From the NCBI RefSeq assembly GCF_000007145.1, contig NC_003902.1:1297436-1329435 (forward strand): DNA of 32,000 nucleotides. The letters are read 5' to 3'. This DNA comes from Xanthomonas campestris pv. campestris str. ATCC 33913. GTDB lineage: Bacteria; Pseudomonadota; Gammaproteobacteria; Xanthomonadales; Xanthomonadaceae. This document shows positions 8,772-18,387 of the stretch, piece after piece. The notes beneath the pieces are model-generated. The model saw only the letters and a list, made by a program, of their open reading frames with translations, was not told where the DNA came from and did no database searches. A program made the translations under genes and the position numbers. Position 1 is the first letter of the stretch. The number at the start of each line of letters is the position of its first letter.

Positions 8772-10427
8772 TCAGCCGGTGCAGCTGGCGAACACGTCGC
8801 GCTCGCGGGCATAGGCACTGGTCTTGACCTGCAGCAGGCCGAGCACCGACGGAAACAGCGCGTCCTGGTCGGTGTACTGGCCGGCGCGATGGCGCAGGCA
8901 GGCTTCGTCCAGGCCACGGTCGCGGGCGAACTCCGGCGAGAACCACATCACCATCGGCACGTGGGTCTGCTCCTTGGGCGCGATCGCATACGGCACGCCA
9001 TGCAGATACAGGCCTTTTTCGCCGAGCGATTCGCCGTGGTCGGAGAGGTAGATCATCGCGGTGTCGTAGTCCGGCATTCCGCGCAGCGCGTGGATGGCCT
9101 GGGCGAGGAAGTGATCGGTGTAGGTGATGGAATTGTCGTAGGCATTGACGATCTGCTGGCGGCTGCAGCTGCCCAGGTCGGCGGTCTTGCACACCGGTTT
9201 GAAGCGTTCGAACGCAGCCGGGTAGCGTTCGAAATAGCTCGGCCCGTGGCTGCCCAACTGGTGCAGCACCACCACGCGATCGCCTGGCCTGGCACGCACC
9301 TGCGCGGCCAGATCGCCGAGCAGGATCTCGTCCATGCAGCGCCCATCGGCGCACAGGCCCGGGGTGGTGGCGTTGTCCAGTTGTTCGATCTGCAAGCCGT
9401 CGCATACGCCCTTGCAGCCGGACTGGTTGTCGCGCCACAGCGTGGAGATGCCGGCGTGCTCGAGCACATGCAGCAGCGACTGATGGCCGCGGATCATGTC
9501 TTCGTTGTAATCGCGCCGGCCGAACGGCGAGAACATGCACGGCACCGAGACCTCGGTACTGGTGCCGCACGAATGCATGTCCGGGAAGTTGATCACCCCG
9601 GCCTGCGCCAGCTCCGGCGTGGTCTGGCGCGCGTAGCCGCTGAGGCCCCAGTTCTGCGCACGTGCGGTTTCGCCCAGCACCACCAGCAACAGGCGCGGGC
9701 GGCTGCCGGCCGCGCGCGGCGTGGCCATCGCATCATGCTCGACCGGCTGCTTGGGCGCATGCTTGATCGGCGAATCGGATTTGAAGTTCTGCTTGAGTGC
9801 CACCAGGTAGTTGATCGGCGTGGCCAGATAGCGCACTTCGCGGTGGTTACGCATCAACGCGGAGATGTCCTGGAACGAGAGCAGCGCGCCCAGCATTCCG
9901 CCCACTGCCATCACGGCCATAAAACCGACCCGCATCACCCAGGTCTTGCCCAAGCTGCGGGTCCCTACGCGCACGCGCCACAGCAACGTGGCCGGGATGG
10001 CGAAGTAGCACAGCAACGGCAGGATCAACCCTGGCGTCAGCAACTCGCGCGATTCCTTGTGATCGGTATGCAGCACGTTGCGCAGCATGTCCGCGTCCAG
10101 ATAGACGTTGTAGCTGTCCATGTAGTGCGCGGCCAAGGCGGTGGTGAGCAGCAGCACGGTCAGCAGCGGCTTGGCATTCCAGCGCCACACCAGCAGCCCC
10201 AGCACCAGCGCATTGACCGCCACCAGCAAGGCCATCAGCGAGGCGGCGAAGCCCAGGCTGCCCGGGTGGGTCGCCATGGCGGTGCGCCAGAACACCTGGT
10301 TGCAGACCAGGGCGAAGAACAGGCTGCTCAGCAACACCAGCATCTCGGTAGAGACAGTGGGGCGCGTGCTCCAGCTCAGCGCGTGCAGGCGCGTGCGCCA
10401 ACGCGGATGCGGCAGCAAGGTGCTCAT
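8772..10427 (-). CDS. eptA: phosphoethanolamine--lipid A transferase (EptA/PmrC, MCR-like family)
   Basis: Five N-terminal TM helices precede a sulfatase-fold domain. Motifs: VLGETARAQNWGLSGY (catalytic Thr context), multiple Cys pairs, LSDHGESLGEKGLYLHG. Confidence 0.9.
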   Translation of the reverse strand: MSTLLPHPRWRTRLHALSWSTRPTVSTEMLVLLSSLFFALVCNQVFWRTAMATHPGSLGFAASLMALLVAVNALVLGLLVWRWNAKPLLTVLLLTTALAAHYMDSYNVYLDADMLRNVLHTDHKESRELLTPGLILPLLCYFAIPATLLWRVRVGTRSLGKTWVMRVGFMAVMAVGGMLGALLSFQDISALMRNHREVRYLATPINYLVALKQNFKSDSPIKHAPKQPVEHDAMATPRAAGSRPRLLLVVLGETARAQNWGLSGYARQTTPELAQAGVINFPDMHSCGTSTEVSVPCMFSPFGRRDYNEDMIRGHQSLLHVLEHAGISTLWRDNQSGCKGVCDGLQIEQLDNATTPGLCADGRCMDEILLGDLAAQVRARPGDRVVVLHQLGSHGPSYFERYPAAFERFKPVCKTADLGSCSRQQIVNAYDNSITYTDHFLAQAIHALRGMPDYDTAMIYLSDHGESLGEKGLYLHGVPYAIAPKEQTHVPMVMWFSPEFARDRGLDEACLRHRAGQYTDQDALFPSVLGLLQVKTSAYARERDVFASCTG

Positions 10428-11194
10428 TGCTCACCTCCCGTCAGCACCAGCATGCGCAGCGGTTGCCGCGGCGGCGCCAGCAGCAGCCAATACAGACCCA
10501 GCGCGGTCAACCAGCACACGCCCAGCGACCACAGGTCGTGCGAGAGGAAATGCGCGCCGCGCAACTGCTGCGATATGCCGAACACCGCCCCTGCGGCCAG
10601 CCCGGTCAACAGCGCCGGCCAGCGCCAGGCCGGGCGCAGCGCCAGTGCGCAGAAGTACAGCGCCACCCATGCATAGCCGGCGCTGGCATGGCCGGCCGGA
10701 AAGCAACCGGAGGCATGCAGGCCGTGCCGCGAGGCGAACAAGCCGATCAACGGATGTGTGCCGCCATAGCGGCTCAGATCCCACGGGCAGTCCATTGCCG
10801 TCCACGACTTCAGCAGCGACACCAGCGTGGTGGACAGCGCCACCGACGCCGCCAGGTAGGTCAGCGGCCAACGCAAGGCGCGTGCGCCCGGACGCGCCCG
10901 CGACCATGCCAACACCGCCATGCCCAGCACCACCACGGCTGCAACCGTGCTCAGCCACTTGCCGCCGCGGTGCACCAGCTGGCTGGTGAACCACTGTTCC
11001 TTCAACAGCCAGTGCCCACCTTCCAGCCGATACAGCGCGTCGGCCACCCACTGGTCGCCGCCGCCGAGCATCAGCAGCGCGCTGATCGCCAGCAACGCCG
11101 CCAGCGGCAGCCACAGGTGCGCCAGCAGAAAGCGGGTTTGCCAGCTGGTGGCGGTGCGTGTCAGCGCAGGCGCATGAAGGGGGAGCGTTGTCAT
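10424..11194 (-). CDS. PAP2-family membrane phosphatase
   Basis: Polytopic membrane protein with acid-phosphatase motifs (PAGHAS; LRGAHFLSHD). Its stop overlaps the eptA start in ATGA (10427..10424). Confidence 0.8.
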   Translation of the reverse strand: MTTLPLHAPALTRTATSWQTRFLLAHLWLPLAALLAISALLMLGGGDQWVADALYRLEGGHWLLKEQWFTSQLVHRGGKWLSTVAAVVVLGMAVLAWSRARPGARALRWPLTYLAASVALSTTLVSLLKSWTAMDCPWDLSRYGGTHPLIGLFASRHGLHASGCFPAGHASAGYAWVALYFCALALRPAWRWPALLTGLAAGAVFGISQQLRGAHFLSHDLWSLGVCWLTALGLYWLLLAPPRQPLRMLVLTGGEQ

Positions 11195-11294
11195 CGAAAG
11201 ATCCGGACCATTGCAATGGCGGGCATCTTCGAAAGCGGCGTGTCGGAAAGCGGTCGGACCCGGGTTGGACCGGCGTTAAGCGCACTGTGTTGGT

Positions 11295-13061
11295 TCAGTC
11301 TGTGTCGGTGTCGGCATCTGCGCCTTCCGCGGCGGAGCCTGCAGCGTTGCACCCCGCGTGCCATGCCGTGCCCGGCACCAATTGCCACTGGTTGCGATTC
11401 GATTCGCCGATCTCCACCACCTGCGCGCGCGCCACGCAGGCCGGTACCGCCTGCTTGAGCACGAACAACCAGCGCCGCTGCGGCGCCTGCGCCAACCACG
11501 GGCCGGCCTGCGCCCACTGCGCCTGCCAACTCGCCTTGAAGCCGAAGTCGGTGACCGGTCGGTCGGCCTGCAACAGGTTCTGTTCCTTCCACGCCAGCAT
11601 GCCCAGCTCGGCGTGCGGGCCGATGCGCTCGCCCACGCGCTGCATCAGCGCCGCAGATGAACTATAGGGGTCCAATGCCGGCATCACGCCCAGGCCGGTG
11701 ACCGTCCACAACGCCGCGGTGGCGGCGACCAGCGCGCTGCCGGCGCGCCTGCCGCGTGCCCAGGCCACCAGTCCGAGCGCGACAAGCCCCAGACCTATCA
11801 GCCACACGCTCATGGTCTGCAGCGATGCCAACGCGATGCCACGTTGCAGCGCGCTGCGTTCGGCCCAGTGCAGGTGCAGGCCGATACCGCCGCCCAGTGC
11901 CAGCGCCGCCACGCCCAGCAACAGCACATAGCCAAGCAGCAGCCGCTGCACGCCACGGCGTCGCAACAGGCCAGGCAGCAGCGGGGCGGCGGCGATGCAC
12001 AGCGCCGGCAGCATCGGGAAGATGTAGACCTCGCGCTTGCCCGGGCTGGCACTGAAGAACACCAGCACCAGCAGGCTCCACGCCAGCAGCAACAGCAGGC
12101 GTGGGTCGCCGCGGCGCAGCCGGCGCCACCACGCCGGCACCAGCCACGGCAGCAGCAGGCAGCCCGGCAACCACAGCGTGGCGATCACCTGCAGGTAGTA
12201 CCAGAACGGTTTGACGTGATGCCAAGCGTGCGCATAACGCGTGCCGGTTTGCTTGAACAACAACTCGTGCGCGTAGGCATGCAACGCCGGGTCGGGGCTG
12301 TGCAGCAGGGCGATGCCCAGCGGCCCCAGCCACAGCGCGGTGCCGGCCACAAACGCCGGCAGCACCAGCAGCCAGCTGCGCCCGGCCAGTGCCCGCGCCG
12401 GCAGCACGCTGGGGTGACGGCGTGGCAGCGCCATCCACGGCAGCAGCACCAGCAGCGGCAGAAACCCCACGCCCTTGGTCACCGTGCCCACGCCAGCAGC
12501 ACAGAGCCCGATCACCCAGGCGCGCCAGTCCGGCCCGCGCAGCAGATGACGCAGTAACCCCCACAGCGACAGCGTGGTCAGCGCCACCAGCACCATGTCG
12601 ATCTGCGCACGCTTGGCCATCAGCCCGAACTGCAGCACGGTGAACAGCGACAGCACCGCGTAACGCGCGACACGTCGGTTCCAGAGCCGCCGGCTCAGGT
12701 CCCAGGTCAGCCACAGCGTGAGCAATGCGGCCAGCAACGATGGCAGCAGGAAGGCGATCGGCCAGTGCGGCACAAGTTCGTAGCTGGCCGCCTGCAACCA
12801 CATGAACACCGGCGGTTTTTCCGCATACAACTCGCTGCCCCGGTGCGGGAGCAACCACTGCCCGGTCTCCACCATGGTGCGCGCGGCCAGCACGAAGCGT
12901 GGTTCGTCCGGCGGGTTGGGTTGGCGCAGGCCCAGCCCGGCCAGCAGCGCAATGACGATCAACGCCAGCGCGGCAGCCAGGGCGGGTTTGCGCGACAGCG
13001 CGGCGGAAACGGCAGACGGCACACGGGCGCCTTGGTCGAAACGGTGCAGGACGATGCCCAT
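11295..13061 (-). CDS. GT39/ArnT-like glycosyltransferase (undecaprenyl-phosphate-sugar dependent, lipid A/core modification family)
   Basis: ORF 11295..13208. The start is taken at ATG 13061 (MGIVLHRF...), because the longer form would overlap the divergent regulator's promoter and start. The protein has more than 10 TM helices and an N-terminal loop PPDEPRFVLAARTM (a DExR-type motif as in ArnT/PMT enzymes). Confidence 0.7.
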   Translation of the reverse strand: MGIVLHRFDQGARVPSAVSAALSRKPALAAALALIVIALLAGLGLRQPNPPDEPRFVLAARTMVETGQWLLPHRGSELYAEKPPVFMWLQAASYELVPHWPIAFLLPSLLAALLTLWLTWDLSRRLWNRRVARYAVLSLFTVLQFGLMAKRAQIDMVLVALTTLSLWGLLRHLLRGPDWRAWVIGLCAAGVGTVTKGVGFLPLLVLLPWMALPRRHPSVLPARALAGRSWLLVLPAFVAGTALWLGPLGIALLHSPDPALHAYAHELLFKQTGTRYAHAWHHVKPFWYYLQVIATLWLPGCLLLPWLVPAWWRRLRRGDPRLLLLLAWSLLVLVFFSASPGKREVYIFPMLPALCIAAAPLLPGLLRRRGVQRLLLGYVLLLGVAALALGGGIGLHLHWAERSALQRGIALASLQTMSVWLIGLGLVALGLVAWARGRRAGSALVAATAALWTVTGLGVMPALDPYSSSAALMQRVGERIGPHAELGMLAWKEQNLLQADRPVTDFGFKASWQAQWAQAGPWLAQAPQRRWLFVLKQAVPACVARAQVVEIGESNRNQWQLVPGTAWHAGCNAAGSAAEGADADTDTD

Positions 13062-13164
13062 GCGCGTGTCAGAAGGATGTCGGAATGCACCCGATCGCCG
13101 CCGCCGCCGTGGCTCGGCTAGGATGCGCACACTTGTCCGTGCCGCGGACGCCCCGGAGACCGCC

Positions 13165-13884
13165 ATGCGCCTGCTGGTCATCGAAGACAACCGCAACATG
13201 GTCGCCAACCTGTTCGACTATTTCGAAGCGCGCGGGCATACCCTGGACGCGGCGCCCGATGGCATCACCGGCTTGCATCTGGCCACCACCCAGCACTACG
13301 ACGCGCTGGTGCTGGACTGGATGATGCCGCGCATGGACGGGCCGGAAGTGCTGCGCCGGCTGCGCGAGCAGCACCAGTCCGAGCTGCCGGTGATCATGCT
13401 CACCGCGCGCGACGAACTGCCCGACAAGATCGCCGGGTTCCGCGCCGGCGCCGACGACTATCTGACCAAACCCTTCGCCCTGCCCGAGCTCGAAGTGCGT
13501 CTGGAAGCGCTGCTGGCACGCGCGCAGGGGCGCCGCCGCGGCAAGCTGCTGCAGGTGGCCGACCTGCGATTGGACCTGGCCACGCTGGACGCCACCCGCG
13601 CCGGCCAGGCGCTGCATTTGTACCCGGCCTGCCGCAAGTTGCTGGAGATCCTGATGCAGGCCAGCCCCGCCGTGGTCACCCGCCAGCGTCTGGAACAGGC
13701 GCTATGGGGCGACGATCCGCCCGATGGCGACATGCTGCGCTCCCACATCTACGAACTGCGCCGCAGCGTGGATGGCCCGTTCGCGCAAAAGCTCATCCAC
13801 ACCTTGCCGCGGCTGGGCTACCGGGTGGCCGCGCTGGAAGCCGCCGATGACGCCGCCACTGCCATCGAGTGCACCGATGGCTAA
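13165..13884 (+). CDS. OmpR/PhoB-family response regulator
   Basis: MRLLVIEDN...LVLDWMMPRMDG...LTKPF forms the receiver domain and there is a winged-helix C-terminus (LRSHIYELRRSV...LGYRV). ATG 13165 is in frame within ORF 12802..13884. Confidence 0.9.
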   Translation: MRLLVIEDNRNMVANLFDYFEARGHTLDAAPDGITGLHLATTQHYDALVLDWMMPRMDGPEVLRRLREQHQSELPVIMLTARDELPDKIAGFRAGADDYLTKPFALPELEVRLEALLARAQGRRRGKLLQVADLRLDLATLDATRAGQALHLYPACRKLLEILMQASPAVVTRQRLEQALWGDDPPDGDMLRSHIYELRRSVDGPFAQKLIHTLPRLGYRVAALEAADDAATAIECTDG

Positions 13885-15160
13885 GCATCGCCCGCTGGGC
13901 CGGCGCGTGCTGGTCTGGCTGTTCGGCTACACCTTCCTGATGGTGCTGGCGGTGTTCGGCACCGCGCAGTACCTGCACGAACGCGCCGAGCATGGCGTGT
14001 GGCGCTCGCTGCTCAATTCGGAACTGGACAGCATCCTGGACCGCAGCGCGCAGGATCCGGGCTATCGCTGGCAGGATTCGGACACCTTGCGGTTGTTTCG
14101 CGTGGACGGCAGCGCGCAGGTGCCGCCGGCGCTGCGCAGCTTGCATCCCGGCCTGCACGACGACCTGGAGATCGCCGGCCGCCAGAGCGCGGTGATGGTG
14201 CGCGACACCACGCATGCCGGCCGCCTGGCGCTGGTGCTGGACATCACCGACTTCGAAGCGCTGGAACACTTCCTCACCCGCTGGATGCTGGCCGCCGGCA
14301 TCGCCTTGATCACCATCACCGTGCTGATGGGCACCTATGCGATGGCGCGGCTGGTGCGTCCGCTGGTGGATCTTGCGCGCGATATCGGCGCATTGCGACC
14401 GGAGCGGCGCGACCAGCGTATCGCGGTGGGCCCGCAAGGCAGCACCGAGCTGTACGTGATCGCCGATGCCCTCAATGACTATCTCGAACGCAACGGCCAG
14501 TTCGTCGAGCGCGAGCGCGCCTTCATCGACAGCGCCAGCCACGAACTGCGCACGCCGATCGCGGTGATCGGCAACGCCGCCGAGCTGGCGCTGGAGCAAC
14601 CGGACACGCCGGCCGTGGTGCGCCATCAACTGCAACGCATCGCGCAGACCAGCGGCGCGGTGGAACAGCTGATCACCTTGTTGCTGGTGCTGGCCAAGGA
14701 CCCGGGCCGGCTGGTGCGCAGCAGCGACACGCTGCGCCTGGATCAATTGCTGCCGGAGATCGTGGCCGACCATGCGCACCTGTGCGCCGACAAGGACCTG
14801 CAACTGCAGGTCGCACCGCTGCCACCGTGCAGCCTGGTGGCGCCGGTGGCGATCGTGCAGACGGCCATCGGCAACCTGTTGCGCAACGCGATCGAGAACA
14901 GCGATCGCGGCATCATCCATATCGCGCTGGCGTCACCGGGCGTGGTGCAGATCACCGACCCCGGCCACGGCATGACCCCGGAAGAAATCAGTGCGATCTA
15001 TGCGCGGCTGGCACGCGGCAACGCGCGTCAGGGCAACGGCATCGGCCTGGAATTGATCGGTCGCCTCTGCGAGCACCTGGGCTGGCACCTGCGCCTGGAT
15101 TCCAGTGCGGGGCAGGGCACGGTGGCCACGCTGGATCTCAGTGGCGCGACCCTGACCTAG
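13877..15160 (+). CDS. sensor histidine kinase (HisKA/HATPase_c), partner of the 13165 regulator
   Basis: The start ATG 13877 overlaps the regulator's stop (ATGGCTAA). There are two TM helices, an H-box SHELRTPIA and a G-box GNGIGLELI. Confidence 0.85.
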   Translation: MAKHRPLGRRVLVWLFGYTFLMVLAVFGTAQYLHERAEHGVWRSLLNSELDSILDRSAQDPGYRWQDSDTLRLFRVDGSAQVPPALRSLHPGLHDDLEIAGRQSAVMVRDTTHAGRLALVLDITDFEALEHFLTRWMLAAGIALITITVLMGTYAMARLVRPLVDLARDIGALRPERRDQRIAVGPQGSTELYVIADALNDYLERNGQFVERERAFIDSASHELRTPIAVIGNAAELALEQPDTPAVVRHQLQRIAQTSGAVEQLITLLLVLAKDPGRLVRSSDTLRLDQLLPEIVADHAHLCADKDLQLQVAPLPPCSLVAPVAIVQTAIGNLLRNAIENSDRGIIHIALASPGVVQITDPGHGMTPEEISAIYARLARGNARQGNGIGLELIGRLCEHLGWHLRLDSSAGQGTVATLDLSGATLT

Positions 15161-15193
15161 CGCACACCGCCGCGTTCAAACGCGGCACACCCA

Positions 15194-15685
15194 TTACACC
15201 GGCAACAGGCCGCGCGCAAGCAGCCAGCTGCGCGCATTCTCCGCATCCTGCTCGAACCAGGCGCGGGTCGATCCCAGCCGGTAGGTGTAGCCCCAGCTGT
15301 CCATGTCGGCCATCAGGCGCGCGCTGCCCACGCCGGGCAACTGCGCCGCCAGCAGGATCTGCAGATAACAGGTGGCGTCTTCTTCATCCACCGAATCGGT
15401 GGCATCGGTATGCACGGCGGCGCGCTTGTCCGGCGGCAGCACGATCAGGTGCCCGGCCTCGTGCAGCATCGAATGCACCGGCGTGTCGTCGCGCACATAC
15501 ACATCGCAACCGATGATGCCCGCTTCCGGCTCCCCCCAGAAACTGCCGGGAATCGGCGCATCCGCGTCCACATGCTGCAGACGCAATCCGTACCGGGCCA
15601 GCAGGGCGGCAGGCGCGTCCAGGCCGATATCGCCCACGCACAACACGGCATCGGCGGCAGGCAGGGAAGAGGGGGAGGTGCTCAC
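15194..15685 (-). CDS. hypothetical protein with an HExxH motif (HEAGH)
   Basis: ORF 15194..15763. I prefer the GTG start at 15685 because the minE terminator hairpin occupies 15747-15774, inside the longer form. The motif context is SMLHEAGHLIV. I do not recognise a family. Confidence 0.45.
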   Translation of the reverse strand: MSTSPSSLPAADAVLCVGDIGLDAPAALLARYGLRLQHVDADAPIPGSFWGEPEAGIIGCDVYVRDDTPVHSMLHEAGHLIVLPPDKRAAVHTDATDSVDEEDATCYLQILLAAQLPGVGSARLMADMDSWGYTYRLGSTRAWFEQDAENARSWLLARGLLPV

Positions 15686-15737
15686 GCGCAGGGCTCGCGG
15701 TAGATGCAGGCCGCCGCAGGGCGCGGAGGCGGGTGGA

Positions 15738-15774
15738 CCACAACAACACGGCACCGTGCGCACACGGTGCCGTG
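15738..15774 (-). terminator. rho-independent terminator after minE
   Basis: Perfect 12-bp stem cacggcaccgtg / cacggtgccgtg (15747-15758 and 15763-15774) with a 4-nt loop. On the minus strand it is followed by TTGTTGTGG. Confidence 0.6.
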
Positions 15775-15778
15775 CAGC

Positions 15779-16036
15779 TTACTTGTCGCCGTCTTCCGGC
15801 AGGGCGACGGTGATGTCGAGCACATCGTGCTCGCCATCCTTGACCAGATCCACCCGTACCGCATCGGCATCGATGTTGACGTACTTCTTGATCACTTCCA
15901 GCAGTTCGCGCTGCATCAGCGGCAGATAATCCGGCCCACCGCGATGGTTACGTTCCTGCGCGATGATGATCTGCAAACGGTTCTTGGCCGTCTCGGCGGT
16001 GTTCTTCTTGCTCTTGAGAAAATCGAGCAGGCCCAT
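15779..16036 (-). CDS. minE: cell division topological specificity factor MinE
   Basis: [29 protein letters not shown]...; 85 aa, immediately downstream of minD. Confidence 0.95.
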   Translation of the reverse strand: MGLLDFLKSKKNTAETAKNRLQIIIAQERNHRGGPDYLPLMQRELLEVIKKYVNIDADAVRVDLVKDGEHDVLDITVALPEDGDK

Positions 16037-16038
16037 GC

Positions 16039-16848
16039 TTACCCTCCGAACAGCTTGCTGAAGAAGCCTTTCTTCTCCACGGAAATGAATCGCATCGGGC
16101 GCTCTTCGCCCATGATGCGGGCGACTGCGTCGTCATACGCCTGGCCTGCCGGGGACTCGCCATCCAGGATCACCGGCTCGCCCTTGTTGGAGGCATTGAG
16201 CACGTCGCCGGATTCGGGAATCACGCCGATGGCCTTGAGCCCCAGCACTTCTTCCACGTCGGTGATGCTGAGCATCTCGCCGCCTTCCACGCGGCCCGGG
16301 CTGTAGCGGGTCAGCAGCAGGAAGGCCGGCACGTTCTTGCCTTCCTCGGCCTTGCGGGTCTTGGAATCGAGCAGGCCGATGATGCGGTCGGAGTCGCGCA
16401 CCGAAGACACTTCCGGATTCACCACCACCACCGCGCGGTCGGCGAAATACATCGCCAGGAACGCGCCTTTCTCGATACCCGCCGGCGAATCGCAGACGAT
16501 GTATTCGAAGCCGTCGGCGGCCAGGTCCTTGAGCACCTTCTCCACGCCTTCCTGGGTCAGCGCGTCCTTGTCGCGGGTCTGCGAGGCAGCCAGCACGTAC
16601 AGGTTGTCGAAGCGCTTGTCCTTGATCAGCGACTGCTTGAGCGTGGCTTCGCCATGCACGACGTTGACGAAGTCGTACACCACGCGCCGCTCGCAGCCCA
16701 TGATCAGGTCCAGGTTGCGCAGACCGACGTCGAAGTCGATGACGGCGACCTTCTTGCCGCGCCGTGCCAGCCCGCAGGCCAGGCTCGCGCTGGTGGTGGT
16801 CTTGCCAACGCCGCCCTTGCCGGAGGTGACTACGATGATTTCAGCCAA
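16039..16848 (-). CDS. minD: septum site-determining ATPase MinD
   Basis: Deviant Walker A motif [10 protein letters not shown], 269 aa, C-terminal amphipathic helix ([11 protein letters not shown]). Confidence 0.97.
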   Translation of the reverse strand: MAEIIVVTSGKGGVGKTTTSASLACGLARRGKKVAVIDFDVGLRNLDLIMGCERRVVYDFVNVVHGEATLKQSLIKDKRFDNLYVLAASQTRDKDALTQEGVEKVLKDLAADGFEYIVCDSPAGIEKGAFLAMYFADRAVVVVNPEVSSVRDSDRIIGLLDSKTRKAEEGKNVPAFLLLTRYSPGRVEGGEMLSITDVEEVLGLKAIGVIPESGDVLNASNKGEPVILDGESPAGQAYDDAVARIMGEERPMRFISVEKKGFFSKLFGG

Positions 16849-16884
16849 AGGATTTCTCCGAAATATTTCTGTGGTTGGGCTGCG

Positions 16885-17634
16885 TCAATCCAGCGCAGCG
16901 ATCTTGATCTGATCCTGCTCCAGCCAGACCTGGACGGCCTTGCCACGCAGGTCCATGGGAACATCGTCCAGCACCTTGTAGTGGCCAGCGATGGCGACCA
17001 GTTCGGCGTGGAAGTCGCGGCAGAAGATGCGCGCGTCAGGGTTGCCCTGGGCGCCGGCCAACGCGCGGCCACGCAGGGTACCGTAGATATGGATGCTGCC
17101 GTCGGCGATGACCTCGGCGCCGGCACCCACCGTACTGAGTACGGTCAGGTCGCAGTTCTCCGCGTACAGCTGCTGGCCCGAGCGCACCGCGTTGCGTTGC
17201 ATGCGGCCCGGCGCCGGCCGCGCCACGGGGGCGGCCGGTTCGGCGCGTGCAGGCGGTGGCGGGGGAGGCGGCGGTGGGCTGACCGCGGCGGTTTCGTACT
17301 GGGCGCGGAACTTGGCCAGCAACGGGATGCCGAGCTGCTGCGAGAGCAGGTCGATCTCGCTGGTGCCATAGGCCAGGGCCACCGGCAACACGCCAGCGCT
17401 GCGCAAGCCATCGAGCAAGGCCTTGGCGGTGGCCAGGTCCGGGGCCTGTGCCAGGCCGCCGAAGTCCAGGATCACCGCCGCGCGGCCGAACAGCTTCGGC
17501 GCGCGGGTCACCCGGTCCTGCATCTCGCGCACCAGGCGCGGCACATCCAGGGTGCGGATGCGCAGGTTGGCAATGCCCACCTGGCCGATCTTCAGTTCGC
17601 CGGCCTGTTCAAAATCCACATTCACACTCGACAC
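16885..17634 (-). CDS. minC: septum site-determining protein MinC
   Basis: GTG start at 17634. The N-terminal domain and a Pro10 linker are followed by a C-terminal beta-helix domain (VRSGQQLYAENCDLTVLSTVGAGAEVIADGSIHIYGTLRGRALAG). Confidence 0.9.
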   Translation of the reverse strand: MSSVNVDFEQAGELKIGQVGIANLRIRTLDVPRLVREMQDRVTRAPKLFGRAAVILDFGGLAQAPDLATAKALLDGLRSAGVLPVALAYGTSEIDLLSQQLGIPLLAKFRAQYETAAVSPPPPPPPPPARAEPAAPVARPAPGRMQRNAVRSGQQLYAENCDLTVLSTVGAGAEVIADGSIHIYGTLRGRALAGAQGNPDARIFCRDFHAELVAIAGHYKVLDDVPMDLRGKAVQVWLEQDQIKIAALD

Positions 17635-17637
17635 GCC

Positions 17638-18234
17638 TCAGGTCCCCGTCGAACGGTTGTCGGCGGCAGCGTGCCGCGGCCGTCCCACCCAGGGCAGCTC
17701 TTCGGGCAGCTTGCCGGCATAGGTCTCCTTGACCCACGGGTAGCTGCACATGTCTTTCATGAGCATGCTGGCGCGCACTTCCACGTCGGCCATGGTGTTC
17801 TGGCCCACTTCGCGAAAGCCGAAGCTGCCATGGAACAGCAGCGCCGCATCGGCGCCGTGGTCCAGGAACACCTCGCAGGCCAGCTGCGGGTAGCGCAGTT
17901 CGGTGTAGCTCTGCACGTCCGCATAGAACGCACGGCCGACACCGCCGCCACGGCGGCGGCTGGCCACCACGATGCGGTCGATATAGAAGAACTCCGGGTG
18001 ACGGTCCCGGAACCAGGCGAAATTGCTGCTGTCATGAGCACTGCCACTGCCGAAACCGACCAGGAAACCGGCCAGGTTGCCGTCGCGCTCGGCGACGCGG
18101 AAGTATTCGGCCTGCTCGTAGAAACGCTGCAGTTTGGTTGAATCCAGCGGCAGGATCGCCAGTCCGGCATTGTTGTTCAGGGCCAGGACGGAATCGAGCT
18201 CGTGCTCGCGCACGTCGCGGATGACGATCGACAT
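17638..18234 (-). CDS. GNAT-family N-acetyltransferase
   Basis: ATG 18234 is in frame within ORF 17638..18606 (MSIVIRDVREHELDSVLAL...). Acetyl-CoA motif A: IVVASRRRGGGVGRAFY. The stop lies 3 nt before the minC start. Confidence 0.8.
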   Translation of the reverse strand: MSIVIRDVREHELDSVLALNNNAGLAILPLDSTKLQRFYEQAEYFRVAERDGNLAGFLVGFGSGSAHDSSNFAWFRDRHPEFFYIDRIVVASRRRGGGVGRAFYADVQSYTELRYPQLACEVFLDHGADAALLFHGSFGFREVGQNTMADVEVRASMLMKDMCSYPWVKETYAGKLPEELPWVGRPRHAAADNRSTGT

Positions 18235-18387
18235 TGGGACTCCGTGGGGTAACGCTATCGACCCGAAATCGGATCTGCGTCGGATTATTACATGGCAGGC
18301 CTGAAGCGGCGACCTGACGTGACGACCATCGGCATGCATGACTTCCGGCAAGAGGGCAGACGCAGGCGTTACGCCTAAGATGCGTGC

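Noticed and set aside
6833-10676. Long plus-strand ORFs 6833..8308 and 8733..10676
   Set aside because: They are antisense shadows of the M2 peptidase and eptA genes. They have high-GC codon-position artefacts, low-complexity Arg/Gly/Ala/Gln content and no motifs.
11295-13208. Full-length 637-aa form of the GT39 ORF, and similar 5' extensions of 17638..18606, 29480..30901 and 30748..31941
   Set aside because: The extensions are Arg/Ser/Pro-rich and overlap divergent promoters or neighbouring genes. Internal starts (13061, 18234, 30700, 31506) give proteins that begin where the family-typical or signal-peptide sequence begins.
10427-15160. Alternative-frame and antisense ORFs (10427..11458 +, 10431..11285 -, 11662..12858 -, 13793..14920 -, and others)
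   Set aside because: Each overlaps a gene with clear family motifs in another frame or strand and has shadow-ORF composition.
15169-15186. Short hairpin gccgcgt-tcaa-acgcggc between the convergent kinase and HExxH genes
   Set aside because: The stem is only 6-7 bp and neither side has a T-run, so it is too weak to call a terminator.
17240-17290. G-rich low-complexity run (ggcggtggcgggggaggcggcggtggg)
   Set aside because: It encodes the Pro10 interdomain linker of MinC on the minus strand, not an independent repeat element.
16654-18141. 495-aa plus-strand ORF across minD/minC/GNAT
   Set aside because: It is antisense to three well-supported genes and has shadow composition.
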